Shown here one piece after another: positions 1 to 12,470 of a DNA stretch of 64,000 nucleotides (the stretch's first letter is position 1; each line of letters begins with the position of its first letter). Source of the DNA: Somniosus microcephalus. Its lineage: Eukaryota. The notes beneath the pieces were generated by a model that saw nothing but the letters and a program-made list of their open reading frames with translations, was not told the DNA's origin and did no database searches. The position numbers and the translations under genes are program-made. The DNA lies in NCBI GenBank assembly GCA_052327205.1, contig JBMRGM010000043.1, positions 31,434,001 through 31,498,000 on the forward strand, read 5' to 3'.

Positions 1-847
1 AGCTCCAGCAGATTTCTTTCTCCTCCCGACCCACCTTTGAGGAGAATTTGGCGGCTTCCTCCATTACCACCATGTGACATCTAGAGGCTGACGGGCAGTT
101 TTCTGCCACGGAACCGAAATTTGATGCTGCCTCTGTCCTTAATAAGCACGATGAGTATATTTGACAAAGTACCAGCAGGTCCTCGTGAGACCCTGGAACG
201 TCAGTGGTCGGTCCGCTGACGAACATTGTGGAAGGATAGAATAAGCAGTGTGCTCCTCTCCACTCTGTTTTGCTATTTTCACTTACGTGTTTGGCGCAAA
301 CTTCGCCACAGACCCCTAATAAACTATGGGAGCAGATTCCCTTGGATGCCCTTGTCATCGCAGCGGGTGTGTTATATCATCACTGATCCATCACCCTGGC
401 CGTGAGAATCTGGAGTCTTTGTAAATTCAGATGGTGACAACGGAGCAGGGGGCTTTGTTGGGGACAGAGCGATTTTGCTGCGACCAATTGTGGAGTTCAC
501 CGTGGTCATAATAGATGGTGAGACACGGCAGATAATGGCTAAAAGAGAAAAGAGCTATGGGAGGATCCCTGCTGAAATATAAGTCTTGTCCTGGTTGGAA
601 TTTCTGTTTCAGCACTTTATATTAAGCAGATTAAGATCTCCGCAAACAAAGCAGCGAGAGGAATTCCACAACAATATAGTAATGCTTCCTGCTCTAGTGT
701 TCCACAATACAGCTGCTAGTTACCGTTAATTGTAGACGCCCCTCGTGGCGATTTGCGGTATTGCCTTGCTCCTATTAAAAAGCTCTGCTGTCTGTTTAAC
801 TCAGTGATAGGAAATGTTACCTGTCAATCCAGATTCTGCTTTCACAG

Positions 848-1110
848 AACTCTTCTCCAAACCTAAACTGAGGACTGACCCTGCAGTTGAAATATTTGAA
901 ACAATAACAATATTATTGAAACAATGCCGTACAGTAATGGGCTTCAATACTCATTTTACAAAAATGGCGAAGCTCTGATATTGACTTCATACAACACATT
1001 TAAGCTCACGGAGACAGCTTCTTTGAAGGACTCGGGGACTTACCTGTGTGAAGCAAATATTTCCTACCGCGTTGTGAAAAAGAGTGATGAGGTTTCCATT
1101 GCGGTTAAAG
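848..1110 (+). pseudogene. Frameshifted Ig exon (ELFSKPKL type), gene A
   Basis: cacAG|..|GTaagg intact but length 263 nt; first Cys region lost relative to the 6889 paralog; entry frame reaches TGA at 976-978; DSGTYLC lies in another frame. Confidence 0.8.
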
Positions 1111-2439
1111 GTAAGGACAGCCAGCTGTAATTATAGTTGAATGAAAGAATTCTTCAGGGGATTATACTTAAATAAACATACGAGAGGGATCCAGTCTGGT
1201 AAAGGATTTACCCACAAGTTTATGACGTAATAATCAATTTTGAATGCAACCTGCTAAATGACAGCGCCACCTGGTTCTTACACTATCCATACATTTGCTG
1301 AAAACCGAAGTTTTAAAAGCTGCTACGTTTAAGGACCAGCGCCCACTCCCAGTGGGTAATAGTAGCTTCCTGAAATAGTGTGGAATTGGGCGATATTGAA
1401 TTTATCTCCCATTATATGTCCCGACCGTTTTTGCATCCATTGATCTTCAATGGACAGGAATATCGCGCGTAGTGTAGAATTGGTGCAAGATTCGATGCCG
1501 TGCATTTTAACCCATAACCCCAAGGTAAAGTTACCTTCCCTGTTTCTAACTGGCATATTCAGCAGCGAGCAGAACCTGGTCAGGAACAGCAGGGTGATTA
1601 ATCAGCCAATGCCTTACCACTTACTAGCCCCGGAAATCTTTTATAGTTGAAAACTCGGGGGTAAAATTTAACATTGAGAGCGCTAAAACTGAACGGCAGA
1701 AAATTGAATTGAAATTGGCCTGTGTTTATAAAGGGTGAGCAATCTGCTACCACCGGTTTTTTACCCCAGACAAACTTGAATTTTCACCCCCTCCAATTTC
1801 AGTAGCGGTGGATGCAAAATGCCCGAGGTCACTAACGTCTGTGCCTCTGGTGCCCGGGGATTCCTTCCCAATCTTTTAGATCCGACCAATCATAACTCGA
1901 GCTTCGCATTTTCAATGGAGCAGGCAATCTGAAAACAAGGTGGGAGTTATCAATCCTGTGTCGGCAGTGGATTTCAGAAAAATTGTATTGATAGTAGCTG
2001 AGCGTTTAACATGAAGGTCCTAAAATTTGCAGGTGCTGCCACAACGACCAAGGATATTTCAGTATTTAAGACCCGGGAGTAAAGCATCGCCTGGGCTGAG
2101 AGCAGAGTTCAAATGATGGGGTTGTGGGGTTGGGGTGTTGGGGGATAATCTCACAGGACCCGCAGGATGTTTCTTCCATTCATTTCAATGGAAGGGTTAA
2201 CTTGTTCCCAAATCTAGCCACGACAGGATGTTCAGATCTCAAGTGATAACTGTGTCAATGTCCCGAACTGCATATTCCCGTGGCAGAGCGCAATCAAGGA
2301 TTATTGAAAGCCTCTTTCTCTGAGCTGCTGTCGGCTTTTCATTCTTCTGCTCATTAACGTGAGCTGTCCAAACACATAAATTGTTAAGTCTGTGATGGAT
2401 GTGGAACCCGGAAAATCCATGCATTATTCTATTTTATAG

Positions 2440-2718
2440 AGGTCTTCTCCATACCTACACTGAGGGCTGAGTCTGGAGCTCAATTATTTGTGGACCAACA
2501 GTTAAATCTCGCCTGTTTGGTTAAAATATTTCGATCCAATACTTCCTTGAGACTCGTATTTTACAATGATGGACAATCTCTCACTTCAGCGGCAGACAAC
2601 AACTATTACATCAAGAAGACATCTCGGCCGGACGATTCGGGGAATTACTGGAGCGAAGCAACTACTTTGAACAGTGAGGTGAAGAAACTGAGTAATCAGG
2701 TTTCCGTTTCAGTCAGAT
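2440..2718 (+). CDS. Ig exon (FCRL D3-like), second Cys replaced by Ser
   Basis: 279 nt, phase 1-1, EVFSIPTLRAESG..LAC..DSGNYWSEATT..VSVR, donor GTGAGT. Confidence 0.75.
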
Positions 2719-3773
2719 GTGAGTACAATTTAAGACAATGTTATAACACTTTTAAAGAGAACATGAAAATCATAGAATACGGGTAGCGTACACCAGGGAA
2801 GTAAAAGTGTATTCACCAGGATAGACTTGAGGTATTGGGACTAACACTACCGGGTTAGCCATAGCTAAAGGTTATTTCATTAGTGGTTTTTAAATGCAAA
2901 TTCCGAAATTGGGCGATTAGGGAAAGATATTTTCTCTGATTGCGAAGACAGGAAGGAGGGATCAGTAATGTATAATTATCATTAAAGCGGGAGGGTAGCG
3001 CTTAGAAGGACGTTCTTTATATAGACGAGTGCTGGAACATAGAATGATTTGCCAGGTGGAGCGGTGGAGTTAGATAGAATTTTACAGTGAACATGAGGCT
3101 AGTGGCAGTGCCCTCAGGCCTACTGATGTGCGCCTGTCACTGCCCTACAGAAACCAGCGTAAGCCCGTCCCAACATAGGCAGATCTCTTGCTAATGGATG
3201 AGAGAGTGTAGCTGAGGCCAGGAAGGTTTGGCGCACTCTTTCCTTATCGTCACAACGCAACTCGGGCACTGTGTGCCCTCTGGGAGGCTCAGAAAGCAAA
3301 AGGAGCTGGATGCACACCTTCCATAATCTGGTCGGAGGGGGGGATGGAATGCACTTCACAGAATCCGGTGGAGTTTCCTTCTGTTGAGATCAATGGAGTA
3401 CATTTACGGTGAGTTCGGTAAGCAATAAGTGATCATTAGTGCTAGATTTTCTAATCCCTTATGTGCTCAGGCGTTGCTTAACCGTCGTTCCCAAAATAGT
3501 TTATTTTCAGTGTATCAAACTAAGAAGAGCTGGGCCAAATGGTGGGGAGCTGCTGCACGAGGATAGATTATCAATAAACCCCATTTACAACCATCAGTAA
3601 ATTCAACACCACCCGACTGCTGTTTCCTTTCTGTTCTTCTTTTTCCCAGACTTGCCTGGAGTTGGGATTGGGGTTTTCTCGTGTCCAATGTATACGGGCT
3701 GTTGTGGAGCAGTTCTCAGTTTGAGTTAAGCATTTGTTAAGCTAAAACCGCCACATTTTGTTCCCAACATTAG

Positions 3774-4031
3774 ATCGCAAAGTGGCCTTCAATGTCGACC
3801 CACCTTCGGTTTTGGAAGGAGGTGTTCTGAATCTGAATTGTTGGTTCAGAATGCATTATTGGAGGCATAAAGATGTTGGCTTTTACAAGGGCAATATAAG
3901 GATTCACTCAATGAAGTTGACCGATCGGAGAGCTCTGCATAGCATTAGAGTGAATAGTTCAAAAGACAGCAGATCATACCATTGCACTGTTGGCAATAAG
4001 GAATCACGAAGTGTTCATGTTCACGTTCAAG
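3774..4031 (+). CDS. Ig exon (FcR D2-like)
   Basis: 258 nt, phase 1-1, DRKVAFNVDPPSVLEGGVLNLNC..VGFYKG..SYHC..VHVQ; tAG / GTACGT. Confidence 0.85.
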
Positions 4032-4167
4032 GTACGTCGGCAATATTTCAATTGGCGATATCGCTCTTGGATATTTATCCATATTACAGGTCCGAGAGGT
4101 TCTGAATCTGTCCACATTTATGCATAGCTGTGTGAGCTCGGAAGAATTTGTTCGTGTTAGGTCATAG

Positions 4168-4887
4168 AGGCCTTGAATTTCCGTTCGGCGGTTTCCTGCC
4201 GGTAGATGCCTCCAATCGGAAACAAATCTACGAACTTACCTGCTGGTTTGGAGAGCCCGAGGCTTCCGATCCTGGGCCTCTCCTGTTGGAAATGCGCAGA
4301 GGCCCAGGTATCCCAGGGGCACATACGGTTTGCAAGCGCTCCTGGGATCACGTGAGAAAGGCGAACAAATCAAAGAAGGGAATCCCCCTTCATACATTTG
4401 ACAGGTCTGTAGGGACTGAACTGTCAAAAGTATGATTGGGAACCACATTTAAAAACACACTAAAACAGTAAATAAACTATTTAAAATTACAAAATTAAAA
4501 TGAATTAAAATTCCATTTAATTAAATATTTTAAACATAATTTATAGAAAAAAAATTAAACATTTTTACTGGGCTATAAATAATTTACCGTTTCAAGAGTA
4601 TTTCTAACTTATAAGTGAGTGATCAAATTTGTTATTTCTAACTTTCATCACTCTTATGCCTACTTTTACCAGTTGGACGAATTCTACAGCCTTTCAGCTG
4701 CCGGAAGTTGTGCAAACTCTCCAGCCACAGAGGCTCTTTTCTTGGGCAAGTGGATCATCTGTCAAGAGAATTCTTGACAGATCGCAGGTGCCGGTTTTAA
4801 GCGCATACCTGAAATCGGTACCTGCAAGGCCCCTATGGGTGAGTACACAGCTCGTATGCACCCGTGGGGGTTGGAAAACTTGGCCCA
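4168..4887. mobile_element. MITE-like element, related to 27128-27827 in opposite orientation
   Basis: Imperfect terminal inverted ends (ggccttgaatttcc / ggaaaacttggcc), GC-rich arms, AT-rich core, shared hairpins. Confidence 0.55.
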
Positions 4888-5699
4888 TGATGGCTGTCTA
4901 ACACCGTGCTACTTTAGCCAATAATTAACCCAGGGTGGGTCTCCTCCCGTGCTAACGCCGGCAGCTTTCTTTCTCCTCCCGCCCCACCTCAGAGGAGAAT
5001 TTGGCGGCTTCCCATTACCAGCCTGTTACATCAAGAGGCTGACGGGGAGTATTCCACCACTAAACCGAAATATGATGGTGCCTCTCTCCCTAACAACCAT
5101 GATGATGAGTTGACAAAATGCACCAGCAGGTACTCCTGAAAATTCAGTGGCGGGTCCGCTGATGGACTGTGTGGAAGGACACAATAAGCAGTGTGCTCCT
5201 CTCCCCTCTCTTTTGCCCTTTCCACTTACCTGTTTGGCATAAGCTTAATCACAGGCTCCTAATAAAATCTGTACGCTAATGCCGTTGGATGTCCTTATCA
5301 TCGCAACGGGTGAGTTATATCATCACTGATCCATCACCCTGGCCGGGAGAATCGGGAGTCTTTTTAATTTCAGATGGTGACAGCTGAGCTGGGGGCTGGC
5401 TAGGGACAGAGCAATGTAGCTGTGGATATTGGTGGAGTTCACCCTGGTCATACTAGATGGTGAAGACGCAGCAGAGAATGGCTAAAAGAGAAAAGATCTA
5501 AGGGAGGATATTCCTGCTGATAATTAAGCCTTGCCCAGTATGGAATTCCGGTTTCAGCAGAATAAATTAAGCAGGTTAAGTTCTCCGCAAACAAAGCAGC
5601 GAGAGGAAATCCATAAAAACATAATAATGCTTCCTGCTCTAGTGATCCACAATACAGCTGCTGGTTACCATTAAGTATAGGCGCCCATCGTGGCTATTC

Positions 5700-6796
5700 T
5701 CTAGATGTAATCTCTCCAAATTTGCAGACAACACAAAGCTTGCTGGGCGTGTGTGCTATGAGGAGGATGCCAAGAAACTCCAGGCTGATTTGGAGAGATT
5801 GGGTGATTGGGCAAAAGCGTGGCAGATGCAATATAACGTGGATAAATGTGAGGTTATCCACTTTGGTGGCAAAAACAGGAAGGCAGATTATTATCTGAAT
5901 CGCAATAGATTGGGAGAAGGGGAAGTGCAACGAGACCTGTGTGTCCTTGTGCACCAGTCGCTGAAGGTAAGCATGCAGGTGCAGCAGGTGGTTAAGAAGG
6001 GAATTGGCATGTTGGCCTTCGTAGCGAGATGGTTTGAGTACAGGAACAAGGATGTCTTGCTGCAGTTATACAGGGCCGTGGTGAGACCACACCTTGAGTA
6101 TTGTGTGCAGTTTTGGTCAGCTTATCTGAGGAAGGATCACAGATCACAGAAACCCCACAGTGCAGATAGAGGCCATTTCGGCACATATCCCACCCAATCC
6201 CCGTAACCCCTACACCAAAACATATCCCCATTTAATCCCCCTAACACTAAGGGTCAATTTATCATAGCCAATCAACCTAACCCGCCATGGAAGGAGTTCA
6301 GCGAAGATTCACCAGGCTGATACCTGGGATGGCAGGAATGACGTATGAGGAGAGATTGGGTCGATTGGGCTTGTCCTTGCTGGAGTTTAGAAGAATGAGA
6401 GGGGATCTCATTGAAACTTATAAAATTCTGACGGGACTGGACAGACTAGATGCAGGAAGAATGTTCCCGATGGTCGGGCAGTCCAGAACCAGGGGTCACA
6501 TTCTAAGGATAAGGGGTAAGCCATTTAGGACAGCAATGAGGAGGAATTTCATCACCCAGAGAGTGGTGAACCTGTGGAATTCTCTGCCACAGAAGGCAGT
6601 AGAGGCCAATTCATTAAATATATTCAAGAAGGAGTTGTATATATTTCTTAAGGCTAAAGGGATCAAGGGGTATGGGGATAAAGCAGTGACCAGGTACTGA
6701 ATTTGGTTGATCGGCCATGATCGCATTGAATGGCGGAGAAGGCTCGTGGGGCCGAATGCCAACTCCTGCTCCTATCTTCTATGTTTCTATGTTTCT
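5700..6796 (+). mobile_element. CR1-type LINE 3' fragment with nested SINE piece
   Basis: ORF2 C-terminal motifs (KFADNTKL, RPHLEYCVQFWS, WNSLP), (TTCTATGT)n tail; absent at the paralogous sites ~750 and ~37035. Confidence 0.92.
6137..6284 (-). mobile_element. Truncated 3' part of HE1/V-SINE inside CR1
   Basis: Nearly the same sequence as 10514-10704; interrupts the CR1 ORF at LRKD/AMEG. Confidence 0.8.
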
Positions 6797-6888
6797 CGGT
6801 ATTGGCTTGCTCTTATTATCAATCTCTGCTATTTGTTTAACACAGTGATAGGAACTGTTACCTATCAATCCATATTCTGTTTTCACAG

Positions 6889-7167
6889 AACTCTTCACCA
6901 AACCTAAACTGAGGTCTGAGCCTGCAGTTGAAATACTTGAGGGAGACCAGTTAAAATTCATCTGTTTTATTGAAAATATACCGTCAAATATTTGCTTAAA
7001 ATATTCATTTTACAAAAATGGCACAGCTCTGATCTTGACCCCATACTACAAATATATTCTCACTGAGGCAGCTTCATTGAAGGACTCAGGGACTTACCAG
7101 TGCGTAGCAAATGCTTTCGACTTTGGTGTGAAAAAGAAGAGTGATGAGGTTTACATTTCGGTAACAG
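6889..7167 (+). CDS. Ig exon (FCRL D3-like), intact; not in the ORF track
   Basis: 279 nt, ELFTKPKLRSEPAVEILEGDQLKFIC..YSFYKNG..DSGTYQC..KKSDEVYISVT; cAG / GTATGG. Confidence 0.88.
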
Positions 7168-8355
7168 GTATGGACATCCAGCTTTAATTATTGTTCATCT
7201 TTCATTTAAAGAATTCTTCAGGGCATTATAGTTAAGTAACCATACGGGAGGGATCCGGTCTGGTAAAGGGTTAACCCTCAAGTTTATCGGGTATAAATCA
7301 ATTTGAATGCAATCTTTTCAAATCTTATCACCACGTGGCTCTTATACAATCCTTACATTTGCTGAAAACCGCATTTGTAGGAGCTGCAAAATTTGAAGTC
7401 CAGTGCCCACTCTCAGTGGGTAACATTAGCTTCCTTCAGTAGTGTGGAAATGGGCGATTATGAAATTGCCTCCCATTATTTGTCCCGCCCGTTTTTGCTT
7501 CCCATCATCTTCAGCAGACAGGAAAATCGTGCGTGGTGTACAATTGGCGCAAGCTTCGATATTGGAAATTTTACCCCATGGCTCCAAGGTAAAGATACTT
7601 GCTCTGTTTCTGTCTGGCTGAATGAGAAACCAGCAGAACCTGGTCAGGAATAGCAGGGTGTTTAATCAGACAAAGCCTTAGCACTTACGAGTCCCGGAAA
7701 TCTTTGATAGTTGAATACTCGGGGGTAAAATTTAACTTTGAGAGCGCAGTAGCGGATCAGCAGACAATGGAATTGAAATTTGCCTGTGTTTATAACGGGA
7801 GGCCAATCTGCGACCACCGGTTTTGCACCCCATCGAAATTTGAAATTTCACCCCGTCCAATTTCAGTAGAGGTGGAAGAGGATGAGGAAAAACGCCCGAG
7901 GTCACTAAAGTGTGAGCCTTTGATGCCCAGGAATTCCGTTTCCACTCCGTTAGATCCGGTCAATCATAACGCTATCTTTGCATTTTCTATGGAGCAGGCA
8001 ATCTGATGACAAGGTGGGAGTTATCGATCCTGTGTTGGGAGTGGATTTCCAAAGAATGGCATTGTCAGTTGCTGAGCTTCTAGCATGAATGTCGCAAAGT
8101 TTGCAGGCGCTGCAACAATGACGAAGGAGACTTCAATATTTAAGGCCTGGGCGCAAAGCATCATCTAGGCAGAGAGCTGAGTTAAAATTCTGGATCAGGG
8201 GCGCGTTCTGGTGTTGTGGGCTAATCTCACAGGACCCGCAGGATGTGTCTTCCACTCAATGTTCCAAAGATTAACATTTGCTGCACAAATCCGAAATTGT
8301 AATGTCTGTGATAGTTGTGGAATCTGTCAAATCCATAATTCGTTCTATTTTATAG

Positions 8356-8634
8356 AGCTCTTCTCCGAACCTACTTTGCGGGCTGATTCTGGAGCTCAAT
8401 TATTTGAGGGCCAACAGATAAAACTCGCCTGTTTGGTAGAAATATTTCGATCCAATTCTTCCTTGAGACTCGTATTTTACAAAGATGGACAACCTCTCAA
8501 TTCAGCGGCAGACCACAGCTATTACATCAGGGAAGCATCTCGGCCGGAAGATTCGGGGATTTACCGGTGTGAAGCAACTACTTTGAACCGTGAGGTGAAG
8601 AAACTGAGTAATCAGGTTTCAGTTTCAGTCAGAC
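8356..8634 (+). CDS. Ig exon (FCRL D3-like)
   Basis: 279 nt, ELFSEPTLRA..LAC..VFYKDG..DSGIYRCEATT..KKLSNQVSVSVR; tAG / GTGAGT. Confidence 0.9.
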
Positions 8635-9324
8635 GTGAGTACAATTTAAGATAATTGTTTATCACTTTTAAAGAGAACAGGAAAATCATAGAGAACGAGT
8701 AACGCTGATTCAACAGATGATGCCAGGGAATGGAAATTTTATTCAACAGGATAGACTTGAGCCACTGGGACTAACACGGGTTTGCCATGCCTAAGAGTTA
8801 TTTCATCAGTGCTTAGTACATGCCAATTGCGAGATAGGGCGATTAGGGAAAGCTATTCCCTCTGTTTGCGAAGACAGGAAGGAGGATCAGTAAAGTATAA
8901 TTATCACTAAAAGCGAGAGGGTAGCGCTTACGTGAACATTTTATGTGTAGCTGACTGCTGGAAAGTAGAATTATTTGTCAGGTGGAACGGTGAAGTTAGA
9001 TACCACTGCATTTAGGTAGAGTAATGTTTATGGTATTGGAATAGTGCAGAGTTCCTGCTTTTCACTAGCAGAGTCAGGAGGAATAAGGACCAGGCCAACA
9101 TAGTAGGGTGGCCATAAGTGGATTGCAGTAGGAATCATTGTCGTTCCAGGATCAGGCTTTCCTCTATTAATTCCACCTACTGCTAAAGTAGGAGAGGGAG
9201 ACGGGCGCCCAATATTGGTGTGGTAACCTATATGTCGAGCCTTCTTTATTATGATGAGAACCCTATTTCACTTTGAAAGTAATGCTACAAATTCTGCAAA
9301 AGCAATGTAATTAACAATTTGCAG

Positions 9325-9612
9325 GAATCCCAGTGTCAAAACCGGAACTGGCAATCAGCCCTGGTGAAGAGTTAATAGAAGGAGACACAGCGTCGTTAAC
9401 CTGCTCAGTGTTCAACGGTTCTACCCTGATTACTTACATTTTCTACAAAGACCCGGATAAAGAACTCCTCCGTGAGGAGTCCAACCTAACCGAAATTAAT
9501 TACCAAATCAGTGAAATCAACCAAAGCACCCAAGGGGATTATAGTTGCGGTGTTTCAAACAAAGCGACAGGACGTCCTCTGCAAAGCGATGTTGTTACAG
9601 TTTCAGTGATAG
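9325..9612 (+). CDS. Ig exon (FCRL D5/PECAM-like)
   Basis: 288 nt, RIPVSKPEL..LTCSVFNGSTLITYIFYK..QGDYSCGVSN; cAG / GTGAGT. Confidence 0.9.
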
Positions 9613-9999
9613 GTGAGTTATTATAAGTACCCCTGAGGCAGAACGAAACAAGTGGCTCAAAGTCAGATGAGCCCGGTAATCACTGCTTGTGCCATCAGCT
9701 TGGATGGTGTAACATTTTCTTTGACATTCCTCTATGTGAAGTGAGGCACTGCACCATTTACATTAAACAGGTGAATTACTAAAAAGAACTAGAATGTCAT
9801 CTGATCGCATCAAGTATTGGTCTATAAACTGCAACAGTTATTTGTAGGTTTAAAAAGGCCGATCAGTATGTTTAATTGACAAATTGAGGGAAGTAATACG
9901 GATAATTTAAGGACTCAAAACTTAATGCCATAGGTAGTAGTTTCTGGGCTATATGTTTTAGACCACCATTTCTCGACAGTTGTTGCTAATATATTTGTA

Positions 10000-10940
10000 T
10001 TCGTTTATGTGATGTGGGTATCTCTGGCAATGCCAGAATTTATTGCCTATCCCTAATTGCCCTTGAGAAGGTAGTGCTGAGCGGCCTTCTTGAACCGTTG
10101 CTGTCCGTGTGTTGACGGTACTCCCGTAGTGCTGTGAGGGAGGGAGTTCCAGGAATTTGACGCAGTGACGATGAAGGATCGGCGATAAACTTTTAAATCA
10201 GGATGGTAGATGATTTGTAAAGGATCTTACAGGTGCGGAGTCCCCATGCCTCTTCTGCTCTTGTCCTTCTAAATGGAAGAAGTATCGGGTTTGGGAGGTG
10301 CTGCCGAAGAAGTCTTGGCATGTTGCTGCAGTGCATCTTGTAGATGGTGCACACTGCAGCCATGATACGCTGGTGGTGGAGGGAGTGAATTTGTTACTTG
10401 TTGGATGATGTGCCAATCAAGGAGGCTGCTTTGTACTGGCTGGTGTCGAGCTTCTTGAGTGTTGTTGGAGCTGCACTTATCCAGGCAAGTGGAGAGTATT
10501 CCGTCACACGACTTCACAGAAATCACAGAAACCCCACAGTGCAGATAGAGGCCATTTCGGCCCATCGAGCCTGCACCGACACATATCCCACCCGATCCCC
10601 GTAACCCCTACACCAACACATATCCCACCCTATCCCCGTAACCCCACATATTTAATCCCCCTAACACTAAGGGTCAATTTATCATAGCCAATCAACCTAA
10701 CCCGCACATCTTTGGACTGTGGGAGGAAACCGGAGCACCCGGAGGAAACCAACGCAAACACGGGGAGAATGTGCAAACTCCACACAGACAGTCGCCCAAG
10801 GCCGGATTCGAACCCGGGTCCCTGGTGCTGTGAGGCAACAGTGCTAACCACTATGCCACCGTGTCTGCCCTTGTAGATGGTTGAAAGGCTTTGGGGAGTC
10901 AGGAGGTGAGACACACGCCGCGGATTACCCAGCCTCTGCC
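10000..10940 (-). mobile_element. L2/CR1-group LINE 3' fragment (paralog 40580-41175)
   Basis: Minus-strand translation HSLHH..YKMHC..RRSF..WNSLP..FKK..HLLKGN*. Confidence 0.75.
10514..10870 (-). mobile_element. Full-length tRNA-derived V-SINE (HE1-like)
   Basis: On minus strand: A box TGGCATAGTGG, B box GGTTCGAATCC, V-domain TGTGGAGTTTGCACATTCTCCCCGTG, CR1-like tail GGGCCGAAATGGCCT..TTCTGTGA; absent in gene B. Confidence 0.88.
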
Positions 10941-11810
10941 CTATATCGATATCATGGTACTAGGTAGAAGTTTCATAAAGCTTGATCTGATTTCATGAAA
11001 TACTTTTCTTTCGACAACGCAAACAGTATATTGATTTCGTATGATTTATACGTCATAAAGGACACATCACACCTCAGGTGAACATTTATAAGTCTAGTTT
11101 CTGATTAAGAAATTGATCATAACTAGATGGAAATAGACCTGAAATAAACTAGCAGAATTTCCCACAAGCGCTTTAGAATTTGAAATTGATAAGGTCAAAA
11201 GCAGAGCCATGGTTATAAAGCGAGAGAGAGGGAGAGATTGGAAGGGGTGAGCAAAAAACTGGCTGCAAATATGGGTCTGGTAGGAAGTTTGAAGCAGGCT
11301 GTAGTAGAGATGTAAATGCGATTAATGAGATGGTTTAAGAGAGCAGAATCAAATTACTTTCACTAATGGTGTGACAAAGGAAGCGTATATGCCCAATCGG
11401 CCACAAATCAATTGACTGAACTGTGTAAAGACAGAGATAAAATTGGAGGAGATTTGTCAGATATAGTGAACAGGAGGACCAGGAGTTTAAGTTTATTACA
11501 TTGGAGGACAGGGAGCTAGATGAAAACAATGGCGAGTAAGAATTAACGTGGGACAGGGACGTTTGGATTAGTTGGAATTAGTGGACAGCGGGGTCAGGAG
11601 CCCAGAAAGGAAGTCATTGTAATAATCGAGGCTAGAGCTTACAAATCCACGGATCAGTGTTTCAGCGTGCAGGGGTTGAGGTGGGTAGAAAGGGAATCAA
11701 TTTAGTGCAGATTAAAAAATAAAAATTAATTCTGCGTATGGTGCGAGGTTGAATTTGTTATGATTGGAACGGTTTTATATGATTCATGGAATAATTTTGT
11801 TTGATTCCAG

Positions 11811-11912
11811 CACAAAGTCACACAACCGCGATCACAGCAGCCGTTCTTCCACTTTTTCTGATCGCTACCCTGATTGCACTGGTTTCCTTCAAACTTCGGA
11901 AAAAGAAACAAG
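11811..11912 (+). CDS. Transmembrane exon, gene A
   Basis: 102 nt, AQSHTTAITAAVLPLFLIATLIALVSFKLRKKKQ: hydrophobic span then basic stop-transfer; cAG / GTGAGC. Confidence 0.9.
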
Positions 11913-12439
11913 GTGAGCAGTGTCTTACGGGCAGCTGAGTGGCTTGACAGTTACGTGAGGGGATTCAATCCCCTCCATATTCAGATGCAGCATTCGAAAT
12001 GTAACAGAATGATTTGAGAGGGAGACCAATAGTGTGGGCTGGAGAACGAAGACTTAATTACCAGGATAAGTTCGGATCATGAAGTCAGCTTACTGGTTTG
12101 AGGGTATTTTTCCACCTTCTTCCATTTTGAAAAGGTCTGCATCTTGGCGAGGGACAGACAAATAACTGGCAGGTGGTTAGTAAGAGAATGTGAAATCTGA
12201 TAGCGGATGTCTAATGCCTGGTAACATCTTAAAGTTTCCCAGACGCTCTTTGTGCATTCGTCCTCTGTTTTAGTTAGTGATTCATTTAAATGCACGTTTG
12301 CAACAGTTTCTGATTAATAATCAACGAAAAAGTTTACTGTTTGGAGATTACTTAAGGTAACTCAAGCCAGCTCTAGCCAGGAAGAGCGCAATATTTACTG
12401 CACAACTTGCTGAAATATGTCTCTTCCTATTTTATCCAG

Positions 12440-12470
12440 ACAATTCCTCAAGTGTTTCACAGCCGCAGGG
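12440..12470 (+). CDS. Cytoplasmic mini-exon 1, gene A
   Basis: 31 nt, phase 1-2, DNSSSVSQPQG; ccAG / GTAAGT; identical in gene B. Confidence 0.8.

Larger units (their letters stand above)
1..3080 (+). repeat. Intragenic duplication, paralogous to ~4955-9000
   Basis: Sequence from position 1 aligns by eye to ~4955 onward, including both Ig exons and their introns. Confidence 0.85.

Noticed and set aside
10790-10870. tRNA gene on the minus strand
   Set aside because: It is the tRNA-derived head of a V-SINE, continuous with the SINE body and tail
11811-11912. Activating member of a paired receptor set
   Set aside because: Neither visible TM has a charged residue and both tails carry ITIMs; gene C's TM is outside the window
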